NCBI RefSeq assembly: GCF_000090965.1
Contig: NC_008513.1
Location: forward strand, 60,001-92,000
Reading direction: 5' to 3'
Length of the DNA: 32,000 bases
Source: Candidatus Saccharimonadota bacterium
GTDB taxonomy: Bacteria > Pseudomonadota > Gammaproteobacteria > Enterobacterales > Enterobacteriaceae
This document shows positions 10,187 to 20,572 of this stretch, one piece after another. The translations under genes were made by a program, and so were the position numbers. The number at the start of each line of letters is the position of its first letter. Position 1 is the first letter of the stretch. Under the pieces are notes generated by a model that was not told the origin of the DNA, searched no databases, and saw nothing but the letters and a program-made list of their open reading frames with translations.

Positions 10187-11086
10187 TTGAATAAAAATCG
10201 TATACGTTTAGCAATACAAAAATCTGGTAGATTAAGTTATGATTCACAAAATTTATTAAAAAGTTGTGGAGTTAAAGTTAATTTACAAAAATCTAGTTTA
10301 ATTGCATTTGCTGAAAATATGCCAATTGATGTTATGTTAGTTCGTGATGATGATATTCCTGGTTTAATTATGGATGGTGTAGTAGAATTAGGAATTATCG
10401 GTTTGAATGTTTTAGAAGAAAAACGTTTAACTAGATTATTTTCAGAAGAAACAGTTTCATATGCTATTTTACAAAATCTTGATTTTGGTATTTGTCGTTT
10501 ATCATTATCAGTTCCTTTTGATATGAAATATTCTGGAATTTTATGTTTAAAAAATTCTCGTATTGCGACTTCATATCCAAATTTATTAAAAAGATATTTT
10601 GATAAAAAAAATATTCCTTTTAAACCTTTTGTATTAAATGGTTCTGTAGAAGTTGCTTATAATTCTGGTTTATCTGATGCTATTTGTGATTTAGTTTCCA
10701 CTGGAGCAACATTAGAAGCTAATGGATTAAGAGAAGTAGAAACAATTTATAATTCTCGAGCATGTTTGATTTCTCGTGAAGAAAAATATATGATACCTGA
10801 AAAAAGACATTTTATTAAAAAATTATTAAATCGTATTCAAGGTGTTATTAAAGCTCGAGAATCAAAATATATTATGTTACATATTGAAAAGAGTAAGTTA
10901 AATAAAGTAACTGATTTATTAAAAGGTGCAGAAAGACCGACGATTTTAGAATTATTCGGTAATCCAGATAAAGTAGCATTACATATGGTTAGTAGTGAAA
11001 TAATTTTCTGGGAAACTATGGAACAATTAAAATCTTTAGGAGCTAGTTCTATTTTGGTATTACCAATAGAAAAGATGATGGAATGA
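10187..11086 (+). CDS. hisG: ATP phosphoribosyltransferase (long form)
   Basis: The 299-aa ORF is collinear with E. coli HisG ([49 protein letters not shown] at the C-terminus). TTG start, TGA stop. Confidence 0.96.
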   Translation: MNKNRIRLAIQKSGRLSYDSQNLLKSCGVKVNLQKSSLIAFAENMPIDVMLVRDDDIPGLIMDGVVELGIIGLNVLEEKRLTRLFSEETVSYAILQNLDFGICRLSLSVPFDMKYSGILCLKNSRIATSYPNLLKRYFDKKNIPFKPFVLNGSVEVAYNSGLSDAICDLVSTGATLEANGLREVETIYNSRACLISREEKYMIPEKRHFIKKLLNRIQGVIKARESKYIMLHIEKSKLNKVTDLLKGAERPTILELFGNPDKVALHMVSSEIIFWETMEQLKSLGASSILVLPIEKMME

Positions 11087-11093
11087 AATTATT

Positions 11094-12389
11094 ATGTTGA
11101 ATATAAATAAAAATATTTTTTACTGGAATATATTAACTAAAAAAGAAAAAATTCATGTATTATCTCGACCTCATATCAATAGTAATAAAAATATTAAAGA
11201 ATTAGTTTTTAAAATTATAGATAATGTTAAAAAACATGGAGATTTAGCTTTACATTCATATAATTTAGAATTTGATAATTTTAAATGTAAAAGTTTTTAT
11301 ATTTCTAGAAAAAAAATTGACAATTCTTCTAATTTAGTATCTAAAAAATTTAAAGATGCTATTTCTATTGCTTTAAGTAATATTAATAATTTTCATTCTA
11401 AACAAATTCTTTCAGATTTAATTGTAGAAACATATCCCGGAGTATATTGTAAACATATATATAGACCAATTCAGTCAGTAGGATTATATGTACCTAAAGG
11501 AAATCATCCATTAGTTTCTACTGCGTTAATGTTATCTATTCCAGCAAAATTAGCTGGTTGTCATAATATTACATTATGTTCTCCGCCTCCTATTAGTAAT
11601 GAAATTTTATATATTGCTAAGATATTAAAAATTTATACTGTTCTTCAATTGGGAGGAGCTCATTCTATTGCTGCATTAGCATTAGGTACTGAGACAGTAA
11701 AATTTGTAGATAAAATTTTTGGACCGGGTAATATTTTTGTTACAGAAGCTAAATTACAAGTTAGTCAATGTTCGTTAACATCTATTGATATGCCTGCAGG
11801 CCCTTCTGAAATGTTAGTAATTGCAGATGATTTATCAAATCCTGCTTTTATTGCTTCAGATTTGCTTTCTCAAGCTGAACACAGTCAAAATTCACAAGTA
11901 ATCTTATTGTGTACAAAAAATTTTATAGTTAAAAATGTTATTAAAGAAATTCAAAAACAATTATTATTAATACCTAACAAAAACATTATTTTACATTCTT
12001 TAAAAAATAGTAGATTTATTGTTGTTAATTCTTTAAAAGAATGTTTTAAAATATCTAATTTATATTCCCCTGAACATCTTATTCTACATATTAAAAATTC
12101 AAAGAATTTTTTGAAATATATTAATAATGCGGGATCAGTATTTTTAGGAAAGTGGACACCTGGAGCTGCAGGTGATTATATTACAGGAGCCAATCATGTG
12201 TTACCCACATATGGATACGCTAACTCTTATTCTTCTTTACGTGTTTCCGACTTTCAGAAAATAATTACAGTACAAAAAATGACTAAAATAGCATTACAAT
12301 CATTATCAAAGAGTATTGCAACTTTATCTCTTATGGAAGGAATGAATGCTCATAATCAATCAATAGTAACTAGAATAAAATTTTTATAA
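11094..12389 (+). CDS. hisD: Histidinol dehydrogenase
   Basis: The 431-aa ORF has IFGPGN.FVTEAK, IDMPAGPSE, SDLLSQAEH, YSPEHL and GDY.TGANHVLPT. Confidence 0.96.
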   Translation: MLNINKNIFYWNILTKKEKIHVLSRPHINSNKNIKELVFKIIDNVKKHGDLALHSYNLEFDNFKCKSFYISRKKIDNSSNLVSKKFKDAISIALSNINNFHSKQILSDLIVETYPGVYCKHIYRPIQSVGLYVPKGNHPLVSTALMLSIPAKLAGCHNITLCSPPPISNEILYIAKILKIYTVLQLGGAHSIAALALGTETVKFVDKIFGPGNIFVTEAKLQVSQCSLTSIDMPAGPSEMLVIADDLSNPAFIASDLLSQAEHSQNSQVILLCTKNFIVKNVIKEIQKQLLLIPNKNIILHSLKNSRFIVVNSLKECFKISNLYSPEHLILHIKNSKNFLKYINNAGSVFLGKWTPGAAGDYITGANHVLPTYGYANSYSSLRVSDFQKIITVQKMTKIALQSLSKSIATLSLMEGMNAHNQSIVTRIKFL

Positions 12390-12424
12390 AAATAAAAATT
12401 TTATTATGTAAGAGTCACAATAAT

Positions 12425-13486
12425 ATGAAAAGATTAATTCCAAAACATATAAGTATTTTAAAACCATATCAATCAGCACGTCGTATCGGAATACAAGGGC
12501 GTATTTATTTAAATGCTAATGAATCTCCATGGATAAATAATATTCAATATAAATTTAATAATTTAAATCGATATCCAGAATTTCAACCATATAAATTATT
12601 AAAAAAATATTCTCTATATTCCGGAGTACCTATTAATCAAATTTTAATAACTAGAGGTGCTGATGAAGGAATTGAAATTATAACTCGTACTTTTTGTGAA
12701 TCTAATATTGATAAGATTATGTTTTTTCCACCTACTTATGATATGTATAATGTAATTGCTAATATTTTTAATATTAAAAAAATTATTATTCCGATTTTAT
12801 CTAATTTTCAATTAGATATAAAAAATATAAAAAAAAAAATTAATAATGTTAAAATTATTTATATTTGTTATCCGAATAATCCTACTGGTAATTTTTTTTC
12901 ACGCAATAAAATTATCAGAATTATTAATTCAGTTTCTAAAACTACTTTAATCGTTATTGATGAAGCATATATTGATTTTTCTATTAAATATAGTTTTGTT
13001 TCCGAATTAAATAATTTTGATAATTTAATTATTTTAAGAACTTTATCTAAATCATTTGGTTTATCTGCTATTCGGTGCGGTTTTGTTTTATCTAATGTTA
13101 AAATTATTAAAATTTTAAAAAAAGTATTAGCTCCTTATCCTATATCTATACCTGTATCTGATATTGCTATACAATCTTTATGTTCTCAAAATATTTTTTT
13201 AATGCAAAAAAATATATTAAGAATTTTAAAAAATAAAAAATTTTTAATTGATCAATTAAAAAAAATTTCATATATAAAAAATATTTTTCATAGTGAAGCA
13301 AATTTTATTCTTATAAAATTTGCTGAATCTAAAACTATTTTTAAATATTTAATATCTAAAGGAATTATAGTCCGTGATCAATCACATAACTTAGGTTTAA
13401 AAAATTGTTTAAGAATATCTATAGGCACCATTCATGAATGTCAAGAATTAATTAATGTTTTATCTATATATAAAGGAAAAATATAA
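12425..13486 (+). CDS. hisC: Histidinol-phosphate aminotransferase
   Basis: The 353-aa ORF has PYQSARR, LNANESP, NRYPE, RGADEGIE, NNPTG and the PLP-lysine context RTLSKSFGL. Confidence 0.95.
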   Translation: MKRLIPKHISILKPYQSARRIGIQGRIYLNANESPWINNIQYKFNNLNRYPEFQPYKLLKKYSLYSGVPINQILITRGADEGIEIITRTFCESNIDKIMFFPPTYDMYNVIANIFNIKKIIIPILSNFQLDIKNIKKKINNVKIIYICYPNNPTGNFFSRNKIIRIINSVSKTTLIVIDEAYIDFSIKYSFVSELNNFDNLIILRTLSKSFGLSAIRCGFVLSNVKIIKILKKVLAPYPISIPVSDIAIQSLCSQNIFLMQKNILRILKNKKFLIDQLKKISYIKNIFHSEANFILIKFAESKTIFKYLISKGIIVRDQSHNLGLKNCLRISIGTIHECQELINVLSIYKGKI

Positions 13487-13487
13487 G

Positions 13488-14555
13488 ATGAAAAAAAAAT
13501 TTTTATTTATTGATCGTGATGGTACTTTAATTAAAGAGCCTAAAAAAACATTTCAAATTGATTCTTTAAACAAATTTTTTTTAGAAAGAAATGTTATTTC
13601 ATCTCTTTTAAAATTAATTCATTTAGACTATCAATTAGTTATGATTACTAATCAGGATGGATTAGGTAGTTCGTCTTTTCCAATTAGTAAATTTAGTAAA
13701 ATACAAAATTTAATGTTAAATATTTTTTCTTCTGAAAATATTTTTTTTAAAACTATTTTAATTTGCCCACATTTTCTTAATAATTATTGTAACTGTAGAA
13801 AACCAAATATTTCTTTAGTTCAAAATTTAATAAATGATATTGAATTTGATAAGAAAAATAGTTATGTAATTGGAGATAGAGATACTGATATACAACTAGC
13901 TAAAAATATAGGAATTAAAAGTTTTTTGTATCATTCAAAATATTTTACTTGGAAAGATATTGTTAAAAAATTGACTTACCCTAATCGTATATCAGAAATT
14001 TCAAGAAATACATTAGAAACAAAAATATTTGTTAAAATAAGTTTAGATTTCCCCATTAAGAATTATATTTTTACTGGAATTAATTTTTTAAATCATATGC
14101 TTGATCAAATTAGAATACATAGTGGAATTTTTATGTATATTAATGTTATTGGAGATTTATCAATTGATGATCATCATACAATAGAAGATCTTGGAATAAC
14201 ACTAGGTTTAGCTTTAAAAAAAGCTATTGGAAATAAAATTGGTATTGCAAGATATGGTTTTACTTTACCTATGGATGAAAGTATTTGTTCTTGTATTATT
14301 GATTTATCCGGTCGTTCATTTTTATCTTTTTATACAAACTTTAAATATAAATATATTGGTGATTTGAATGCATGTATGATTGAGCATTTTTTTTATTCTT
14401 TAAGTCAATCTATGAAAGCTACAATTCATTTACACGCTACTGGAAAAAATGATCATCATTGTGCAGAAAGTTTATTTAAAGCATTTGGACGTGCTTTAAA
14501 ACAAGCTATTTTTTTAGAAGGAACTATTTTACCGACATCAAAAGGTTTATTTTAA
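13488..14555 (+). CDS. hisB: Bifunctional histidinol-phosphatase / imidazoleglycerol-phosphate dehydratase
   Basis: MKKKFLFIDRDGTLI matches E. coli MSQKYLFIDRDGTLI. ITNQDGLG, C.CRKP, GDR.TD, HMLDQI, DDHHT.ED, NDHH.ES.FKAFGRAL are also present. ATG 13488 sits 1 nt after the hisC stop; the 33-nt upstream extension in the ORF track (13455) is probably an artefact. Confidence 0.94.
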   Translation: MKKKFLFIDRDGTLIKEPKKTFQIDSLNKFFLERNVISSLLKLIHLDYQLVMITNQDGLGSSSFPISKFSKIQNLMLNIFSSENIFFKTILICPHFLNNYCNCRKPNISLVQNLINDIEFDKKNSYVIGDRDTDIQLAKNIGIKSFLYHSKYFTWKDIVKKLTYPNRISEISRNTLETKIFVKISLDFPIKNYIFTGINFLNHMLDQIRIHSGIFMYINVIGDLSIDDHHTIEDLGITLGLALKKAIGNKIGIARYGFTLPMDESICSCIIDLSGRSFLSFYTNFKYKYIGDLNACMIEHFFYSLSQSMKATIHLHATGKNDHHCAESLFKAFGRALKQAIFLEGTILPTSKGLF

Positions 14556-15146
14556 ATGTCTATTGTAATTATTAATACTGGTTGTTCTAATCTTTTTTCA
14601 CTGTATAGTTCTATTAAAAGATTAGGTTATAATGTTAATGTTACTGATTCAATATGTGATATTAAAAAAGCTAAAAAAATATTTTTACCAGGTGTAGGTA
14701 CAGCAGCTTATATTCTTTATATTTTAAAAAAAAAAAAAATATTTTCACTTATAAAATATACTAATCAGCCTATTTTAGGTATTTGTTTAGGTATGCAATT
14801 ATTAGGTAAATATAGTTATGAGGGAGGTAAATATTCTTTATTAAATAAGCTTTCTTGTTCTATTAAAAAATTACCTTCTAAAGATTATTCAATACCACAT
14901 ATTGGATGGAATACAGTTTGTTATAAAAATTCACATATTTTATTTAAAAATATAGATAACAATTCTTATTTTTATTTTTTACATAGTTATTATATGGTAG
15001 AAAATAAATATTCAATTTCTTCTTCAACACATAGTATTAAATTTTGTTCTTCTATAGCAATAAATAATTTTTTTGGTGTACAATTTCATCCTGAAAAATC
15101 AGGAATTCCTGGAGAACAATTAATTAAAAATTTTTTAGAGATATAA
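14556..15146 (+). CDS. hisH: Imidazole glycerol phosphate synthase, glutamine amidotransferase subunit
   Basis: The 196-aa ORF has LPGVG, the catalytic Cys in GICLGMQLL, and the His/Glu in VQFHPEKS. Its ATG abuts the hisB TAA. Confidence 0.93.
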   Translation: MSIVIINTGCSNLFSLYSSIKRLGYNVNVTDSICDIKKAKKIFLPGVGTAAYILYILKKKKIFSLIKYTNQPILGICLGMQLLGKYSYEGGKYSLLNKLSCSIKKLPSKDYSIPHIGWNTVCYKNSHILFKNIDNNSYFYFLHSYYMVENKYSISSSTHSIKFCSSIAINNFFGVQFHPEKSGIPGEQLIKNFLEI

Positions 15147-15150
15147 ATAT

Positions 15151-15888
15151 ATGATTATTCCATCATTAGATTTTATTCATGGCAAAATTGTACGATTATA
15201 TCAGGGAAATTATAATAATAAAATATCTTATAAGAAAGATATATTTAAACAAATTGAGAAATATATATATCAGGGAGCTACATATATACATTTAGTTGAC
15301 TTAGATGGATGTAATAATCCAGAAAATCGACAAAAAAGCATGTTTAATATTTTTTCTAATTTTAAGAATGTTTCTTTTCAAGTTGGTGGTGGTATTCGTT
15401 CAAAAAGAGATATAGAAAATTTATTTCATGCTGGAGTTTCTAAAATTGTTATTGGAACTTCTGCAATTTTATATCCTAATAAATTTAAAAAATGGTTAAA
15501 AAATTACGGTTCTAAAAATTTTGTTTTATCTGTTGATATTAATATCAATACAAAAAAAGAAAATAAAATAGCTATTCAAGGATGGAAAAAAACTACTGAA
15601 ATTAATTTAGATGATGCAATTAAACAATTTATACCATATGGTTTAAAAAATATTTTATGTACTGATATTTCAAGAGATGGAACTTTTTCAGGTCCTAATA
15701 TATCATTATATAAGTATTTAAAAAATAAATTTCCAAATATTGTTTTACAATCATCTGGAGGAATAAATTCTATTTCTGATATATATAATTTAAAAAAAAA
15801 TAATGTTGAACATGTTATTGTTGGTCGAGCGTTATTAGAAAACAAATTTACTTTTTTGGAGGCAAGTAAATGTTGGCTAAAAGAATAA
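15151..15888 (+). CDS. hisA: ProFAR isomerase
   Basis: The 245-aa ORF has [38 protein letters not shown] and VIVGRAL. Confidence 0.94.
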   Translation: MIIPSLDFIHGKIVRLYQGNYNNKISYKKDIFKQIEKYIYQGATYIHLVDLDGCNNPENRQKSMFNIFSNFKNVSFQVGGGIRSKRDIENLFHAGVSKIVIGTSAILYPNKFKKWLKNYGSKNFVLSVDININTKKENKIAIQGWKKTTEINLDDAIKQFIPYGLKNILCTDISRDGTFSGPNISLYKYLKNKFPNIVLQSSGGINSISDIYNLKKNNVEHVIVGRALLENKFTFLEASKCWLKE

Positions 15889-16646
15889 TTGCATGTTTAG
15901 ATGTTAAAAATGGAAAAGTGGTTAAAGGTATTAAATTTCGTAATCAAATTATTATAGGAGAAATTTTAGATTTAGCAGAATATTATTCTTTAAATGGTAT
16001 TGATGAATTAGTTTTTTATGATATTTCAGCGTCTCCTAAGCATGAATTATTAGATATTAAATGGATTTCTAAGATTGCTGAAATCATTAATATTCCTTTT
16101 TCAGTTGCTGGAGGAATTTCTTCTGTTAAAGATGCTAAATTAATTTTATCATCAGGAGCAGATAAAATATCTATTAATTCTTCTGCATTAAAATATCCTA
16201 GGTTAATTAGTGATTTAGTAGATCGATTTGGCTCTCAATGTATTGTAGTTGGAGTAGATTCATGGTTTAATATAGATAAAAAAAAATATCAAGTTTATCA
16301 ATATACTGGAGATGAACATAAGTCTATTAAGACATCATGGGATACTCTAGAATGGATAAGATATGTACAAAAATTAGGTGCTGGTGAAATCGTTGTTAAT
16401 ACTATGAATACTGATGGTACTAGAGAGGGGTATGATATTATTCAATTGAAAAAAATACGAAGAATTTGTACTGTACCTTTAATTGCTTCAGGTGGTGCGG
16501 GAAAAATAGATGATTTTTTAAATGTTTTTCAGATTGCTAAAGTTGATGGTGCTTTAGCTGCTTCTGTTTTTCATAAAAATATTATTTCTATTTCAAATTT
16601 AAAAAATTTTTTGTTTAATCACGGAATTAGGGTAAGAGTATGTTAA
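15870..16646 (+). CDS. hisF: Imidazole glycerol phosphate synthase, cyclase subunit
   Basis: [20 protein letters not shown] is nearly identical to the E. coli HisF N-terminus. [21 protein letters not shown] and [10 protein letters not shown] are present. It overlaps hisA by 19 nt. Confidence 0.96.
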   Translation: MLAKRIIACLDVKNGKVVKGIKFRNQIIIGEILDLAEYYSLNGIDELVFYDISASPKHELLDIKWISKIAEIINIPFSVAGGISSVKDAKLILSSGADKISINSSALKYPRLISDLVDRFGSQCIVVGVDSWFNIDKKKYQVYQYTGDEHKSIKTSWDTLEWIRYVQKLGAGEIVVNTMNTDGTREGYDIIQLKKIRRICTVPLIASGGAGKIDDFLNVFQIAKVDGALAASVFHKNIISISNLKNFLFNHGIRVRVC

Positions 16647-17257
16647 TTGATCAAAATTTACAAAATTTAAATTGGACAAAAAATAATGGTTTAATTCCTG
16701 CTATTGCGCAACATTATATTTCTGGAGAAATATTGATGTTCGGTTATATGAATCAAAAAGCATTCGATAAAATGATTAGTAACAAATTGTTTACTTTATA
16801 TTCTAGAAAAAAAAAAAGAATTTGGATTAAAGGAGAAACTTCTAAAAATTTTTTATATGTTAAAAATATTAGTACTGATTGTGATACAGACGTTATTCTT
16901 GTAAAAGTTAATCCTGCAGGAAATACATGTCATTTAAATCGATTTAGTTGTTTTGAATCTTCGCATCAATTACCATATACATTTTTATATAAATTAGAAA
17001 ATAGAATTAGAAATAAAAAAGAGAATTTTTCTCGTTCTTCTTATGTATCTAATTTATTTTCTTCTGGAAATAATAGAATTGCTCAAAAAATTGGAGAAGA
17101 ATCTGTTGAAGTGATTATAGCATTTTTAGAAAATAATCATGTTAATATAATTAATGAAACATCTGATTTAATATTTCATTTATTTATTTTATTACAATCT
17201 ATGAATATTAATTTATATAAAATTATTAAAAATTTACAAAAACGTGTTAAAAAATAA
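16640..17257 (+). CDS. hisI: Bifunctional phosphoribosyl-AMP cyclohydrolase / phosphoribosyl-ATP pyrophosphatase
   Basis: The 205-aa ORF has [29 protein letters not shown] and [10 protein letters not shown]. It overlaps hisF by 7 nt. Confidence 0.94.
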   Translation: MLIDQNLQNLNWTKNNGLIPAIAQHYISGEILMFGYMNQKAFDKMISNKLFTLYSRKKKRIWIKGETSKNFLYVKNISTDCDTDVILVKVNPAGNTCHLNRFSCFESSHQLPYTFLYKLENRIRNKKENFSRSSYVSNLFSSGNNRIAQKIGEESVEVIIAFLENNHVNIINETSDLIFHLFILLQSMNINLYKIIKNLQKRVKK

Positions 17258-17321
17258 TATTTTATAAATTTTAATTAAATTTTTATTTATAAATAATATT
17301 TTTTTTTATAAGAGGTTATAC

Positions 17322-18734
17322 ATGAAAAATAAAGATATTGGAATTATTGGAATGGGTGTTATGGGAAAAAATTTAGCAGTTAATATTGCTAATCATGGAT
17401 ATAAAGTTTCTGTTTTTAATAGATCTTATAATTTTACTTTTAAAAAATTAGTAAATGAACCAATTAAAAATATTTTTCCGTATAGATCTGTCAAAGACTT
17501 CATTTCTTCTTTATGTATTCCGCGTTGTATTTTATTGATGATTCAATCCGGTACACCTATAGATGATATGATAAAAAAAATATTACCTTATTTAAATAAA
17601 AATGATGTAATTATTGATGGAGGTAATTCTTTTTATATTGATTCTATAAGAAGATATAATGTTCTTAAAGAAAAATCAATTCATTTTCTTGGTGTAGGAA
17701 TTTCAGGAGGAGAAGAAGGTGCATTAAAAGGACCATCTATCATGCCTGGTGGTAATAAAGAAGCATATAAAATTGTTTCTCCTATATTTAAAAAAATTGC
17801 TGCAAAGTATAAAGATACTGCATGTGTTAAATATATTGGTTCAGATGGATCTGGTCATTATGTTAAAATGGTTCATAATGGTATTGAATATAGTGATATG
17901 CAATTAATTTCAGAATCATATACATTATTAAAATATTTAATAGGTATGGATAACTTAGAAATTTCAGATACATTTAAAAAATGGAATTCAGGAGAATTAT
18001 CAAGTTATTTAATTGAAATTACAAGTAATATTTTTTGTAAAAAAGATGACAAAAATCATTTTATTATTGATAATATTTTAGATGTAGCTTCTAATAAAGG
18101 TACTGGTAAATGGACAGCACAAAATTCTTTAGAACTACAAATTCCTTGTTCTATATTAACAGAATCTGTTTTTTGTCGTTATCTTTCTTCTTTAAAAGCA
18201 AATCGTATGATTGCTTCTACAATATTATCTGGACCAAAATTATTTATTGTTAAAGATTCTAAAAAAGAAGAAATTATTGAAGATATTCGTAGAGCTTTGT
18301 ATCTTGGAAAAATTATTTCATATGCGCAGGGTTTTTCTTTAATGAAAAAAGCTTCAGAATATTATAACTGGAAGTTAAAATTTTTTGATATTGCAAAAAT
18401 TTTTCGTTCAGGATGTATTATCAGAGCAAAATTATTAAATGAAATTGTATTTTCTTATAGTGAAAATAATGATTTAGTGGATTTATTATTTACTTCTAAT
18501 TTCAAGAAAATCATTAATTTATATACATCTTCTTTACGAAATATTGTTATACTTTCGATAAAAAATGGTATATCTATCCCAATATTTACTAATGTTTTAT
18601 CATATTATGATGCATATCGTACTGTTAACTCCTCAGCAAATTTAATACAAGCTCAAAGAGATTATTTTGGTTCACATACATATGAAAGAATTGATCAGAT
18701 TGGTTCTTTTCATACTAATTGGTTAGATAAATAA
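17322..18734 (+). CDS. gnd: 6-phosphogluconate dehydrogenase (decarboxylating)
   Basis: The 470-aa ORF has IGIIGMGVMGKNLA, GGEEGALKGPSIMPGG, GSGHYVKMVHNGIEY.DMQLI, NKGTGKWT and AQRDYFG.HTYERID. AAGAGG Shine-Dalgarno upstream. Confidence 0.96.
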   Translation: MKNKDIGIIGMGVMGKNLAVNIANHGYKVSVFNRSYNFTFKKLVNEPIKNIFPYRSVKDFISSLCIPRCILLMIQSGTPIDDMIKKILPYLNKNDVIIDGGNSFYIDSIRRYNVLKEKSIHFLGVGISGGEEGALKGPSIMPGGNKEAYKIVSPIFKKIAAKYKDTACVKYIGSDGSGHYVKMVHNGIEYSDMQLISESYTLLKYLIGMDNLEISDTFKKWNSGELSSYLIEITSNIFCKKDDKNHFIIDNILDVASNKGTGKWTAQNSLELQIPCSILTESVFCRYLSSLKANRMIASTILSGPKLFIVKDSKKEEIIEDIRRALYLGKIISYAQGFSLMKKASEYYNWKLKFFDIAKIFRSGCIIRAKLLNEIVFSYSENNDLVDLLFTSNFKKIINLYTSSLRNIVILSIKNGISIPIFTNVLSYYDAYRTVNSSANLIQAQRDYFGSHTYERIDQIGSFHTNWLDK

Positions 18735-18928
18735 TTTCTTATTATATTTTTTTTATTTATATAAAAGTATATTATAATTTTTATATAAAAATTAATTAAT
18801 ATATTTTTATTGTATAAATACATTTTTTTATTTTTATAACAAAATTTATATTACAGTTTTCATAAATAAAAATTTGGTTATTTAAATATAATTTATTAAT
18901 TTAACTATTTATTTTTTTTGGTTATTAT

Positions 18929-20572
18929 ATGAATCATATTTCAGATAAAATATTAGTTACTTGTGCTTTTCCATATGCAAATGGTGATATACATTTAGGA
19001 CATTTATTAGAACAAATACAAGCTGATATTTGGGTACGGTATCATCGTATGAAACATCGTTCTGTAGTCTTTATTTGTTCTGATGATACACATGGAACAG
19101 CTATTATGTTAAAATCAAAAAATATGAATATTAGTTCTGAAAAACTTATTCATGATATAGGTATTAAACATAAAAGTGATTTTTTAAAATTTTCTATTAT
19201 TCATGATTATTATTCATCTACACATAGTCAAGTAAATAAAGATTTATGTTGTAATATATTTAAAATTTTAAAAAAAAAAAAATTTATTAAAGAAAAAATA
19301 ATTTCTCAATTGTATGATAAAAAATTAAATATGTTTTTACCTGATAGATTTATTAAAGGTATTTGTCCTAAATGTAAATCAAATAATCAGTATGGTGATA
19401 ACTGTGATTATTGTGGAGCTTTTTATAATGCTATAGAATTATTAAATCCTATTTCTGAATTATCAAAAACTAAACCAATTATAAAACAATCAAATCATCT
19501 TTTTTTTAAATTATCATATTTTAAAAAATTTTTAAAAACTTGGATAAATTCAGGTATTACACAAAAGTCTATATTAAATAAATTAAATGATTTATTATCT
19601 AAAAAATTATGTTCTTGGAATATATCAAGGGATAAACCTTATTTTGGTTTTGAGATTCCAGGATATATTGATAAATTTTTTTATGTTTGGATGGATGCGC
19701 CTATTGGTTATATTAGTTGTATTCAAGAATTTTGTAATATTAATAAAACAGTAAATTTTAATGATTTTTGGTCTAAACATTCTAAATATCAATTATTTCA
19801 TTTTATAGGTAAAGATATTATTTATTTTCATTGTTTATTTTGGCCTGCTATTCTTGAAGGATGTGAATATAGAAAACCTACTAATATTTTTGTACACGGA
19901 TATGTAACTTTAAATAAATTAAAATTATCTAAATCTAAAGGTTCAATAATAACTGCTAATCAATGGTTATCGTATTTTGATTCAGATTCTTTAAGATATT
20001 ATTTTGCTTCTAAATTATCAAATAATATTGAAGATATAGAAATTAATTTATATGATTACGCATATAGAATTAATTCAGATATTGTAAATAATGTAATTAA
20101 TTTAGCATCCCGAAGTTATTTTTTTCTAAAAAAATATTTTTTTAGTATTTTATCTAATAATTTGTTAAAAGAAAAATTGTATAAGAAATTTGTTAGTTCT
20201 ATTAAAGATATTGAAAATTTTTTTGAAAAAAGAAAATTTTCTTTAATTATACAAAAAATTAGATTTTTATCTCAAAAAGCTAATAAATATTTTAATGATC
20301 AAAAACCATGGGTGTTAATAAAAAATATTATTTATAAAAGTAAAGTTCATGATATTTGTTCTTTATCAATTAATTTATTTAGAATTTTAATGACTTTTCT
20401 TAAACCTATTATGCCTACATTAGTTAAAAAATCTGAATTTTTTTTAAATAAAAAATTATTATGGGAAAAAATTAAAATTCCACTAACTAATCATAAACTG
20501 AATAATTTTTCTTGTTTTTATAAACGTATTAATATTAATGATATAGATAAATTTTTAAAGAAAGTAATATAA
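18929..20572 (+). CDS. metG: Methionyl-tRNA synthetase, short form lacking the C-terminal tRNA-binding/dimerisation domain
   Basis: The 547-aa ORF has PYANGDIHLGH (HIGH), the zinc knuckle CPKCKS..YGDNCDYCG, and KLSKSKG (KMSKS). It is collinear with E. coli MetRS up to about residue 550 and then stops. Confidence 0.95.
   Translation: MNHISDKILVTCAFPYANGDIHLGHLLEQIQADIWVRYHRMKHRSVVFICSDDTHGTAIMLKSKNMNISSEKLIHDIGIKHKSDFLKFSIIHDYYSSTHSQVNKDLCCNIFKILKKKKFIKEKIISQLYDKKLNMFLPDRFIKGICPKCKSNNQYGDNCDYCGAFYNAIELLNPISELSKTKPIIKQSNHLFFKLSYFKKFLKTWINSGITQKSILNKLNDLLSKKLCSWNISRDKPYFGFEIPGYIDKFFYVWMDAPIGYISCIQEFCNINKTVNFNDFWSKHSKYQLFHFIGKDIIYFHCLFWPAILEGCEYRKPTNIFVHGYVTLNKLKLSKSKGSIITANQWLSYFDSDSLRYYFASKLSNNIEDIEINLYDYAYRINSDIVNNVINLASRSYFFLKKYFFSILSNNLLKEKLYKKFVSSIKDIENFFEKRKFSLIIQKIRFLSQKANKYFNDQKPWVLIKNIIYKSKVHDICSLSINLFRILMTFLKPIMPTLVKKSEFFLNKKLLWEKIKIPLTNHKLNNFSCFYKRININDIDKFLKKVI

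Noticed and set aside
6722-11086. Possible UGA recoding (as in some tiny symbiont or Mollicute genomes)
   Set aside because: TGA ends dapE (6722-6724) and hisG (11084-11086) exactly where the E. coli homologues end. Trp positions are encoded by TGG, and I saw no in-frame TGA inside conserved genes. The standard bacterial code fits.
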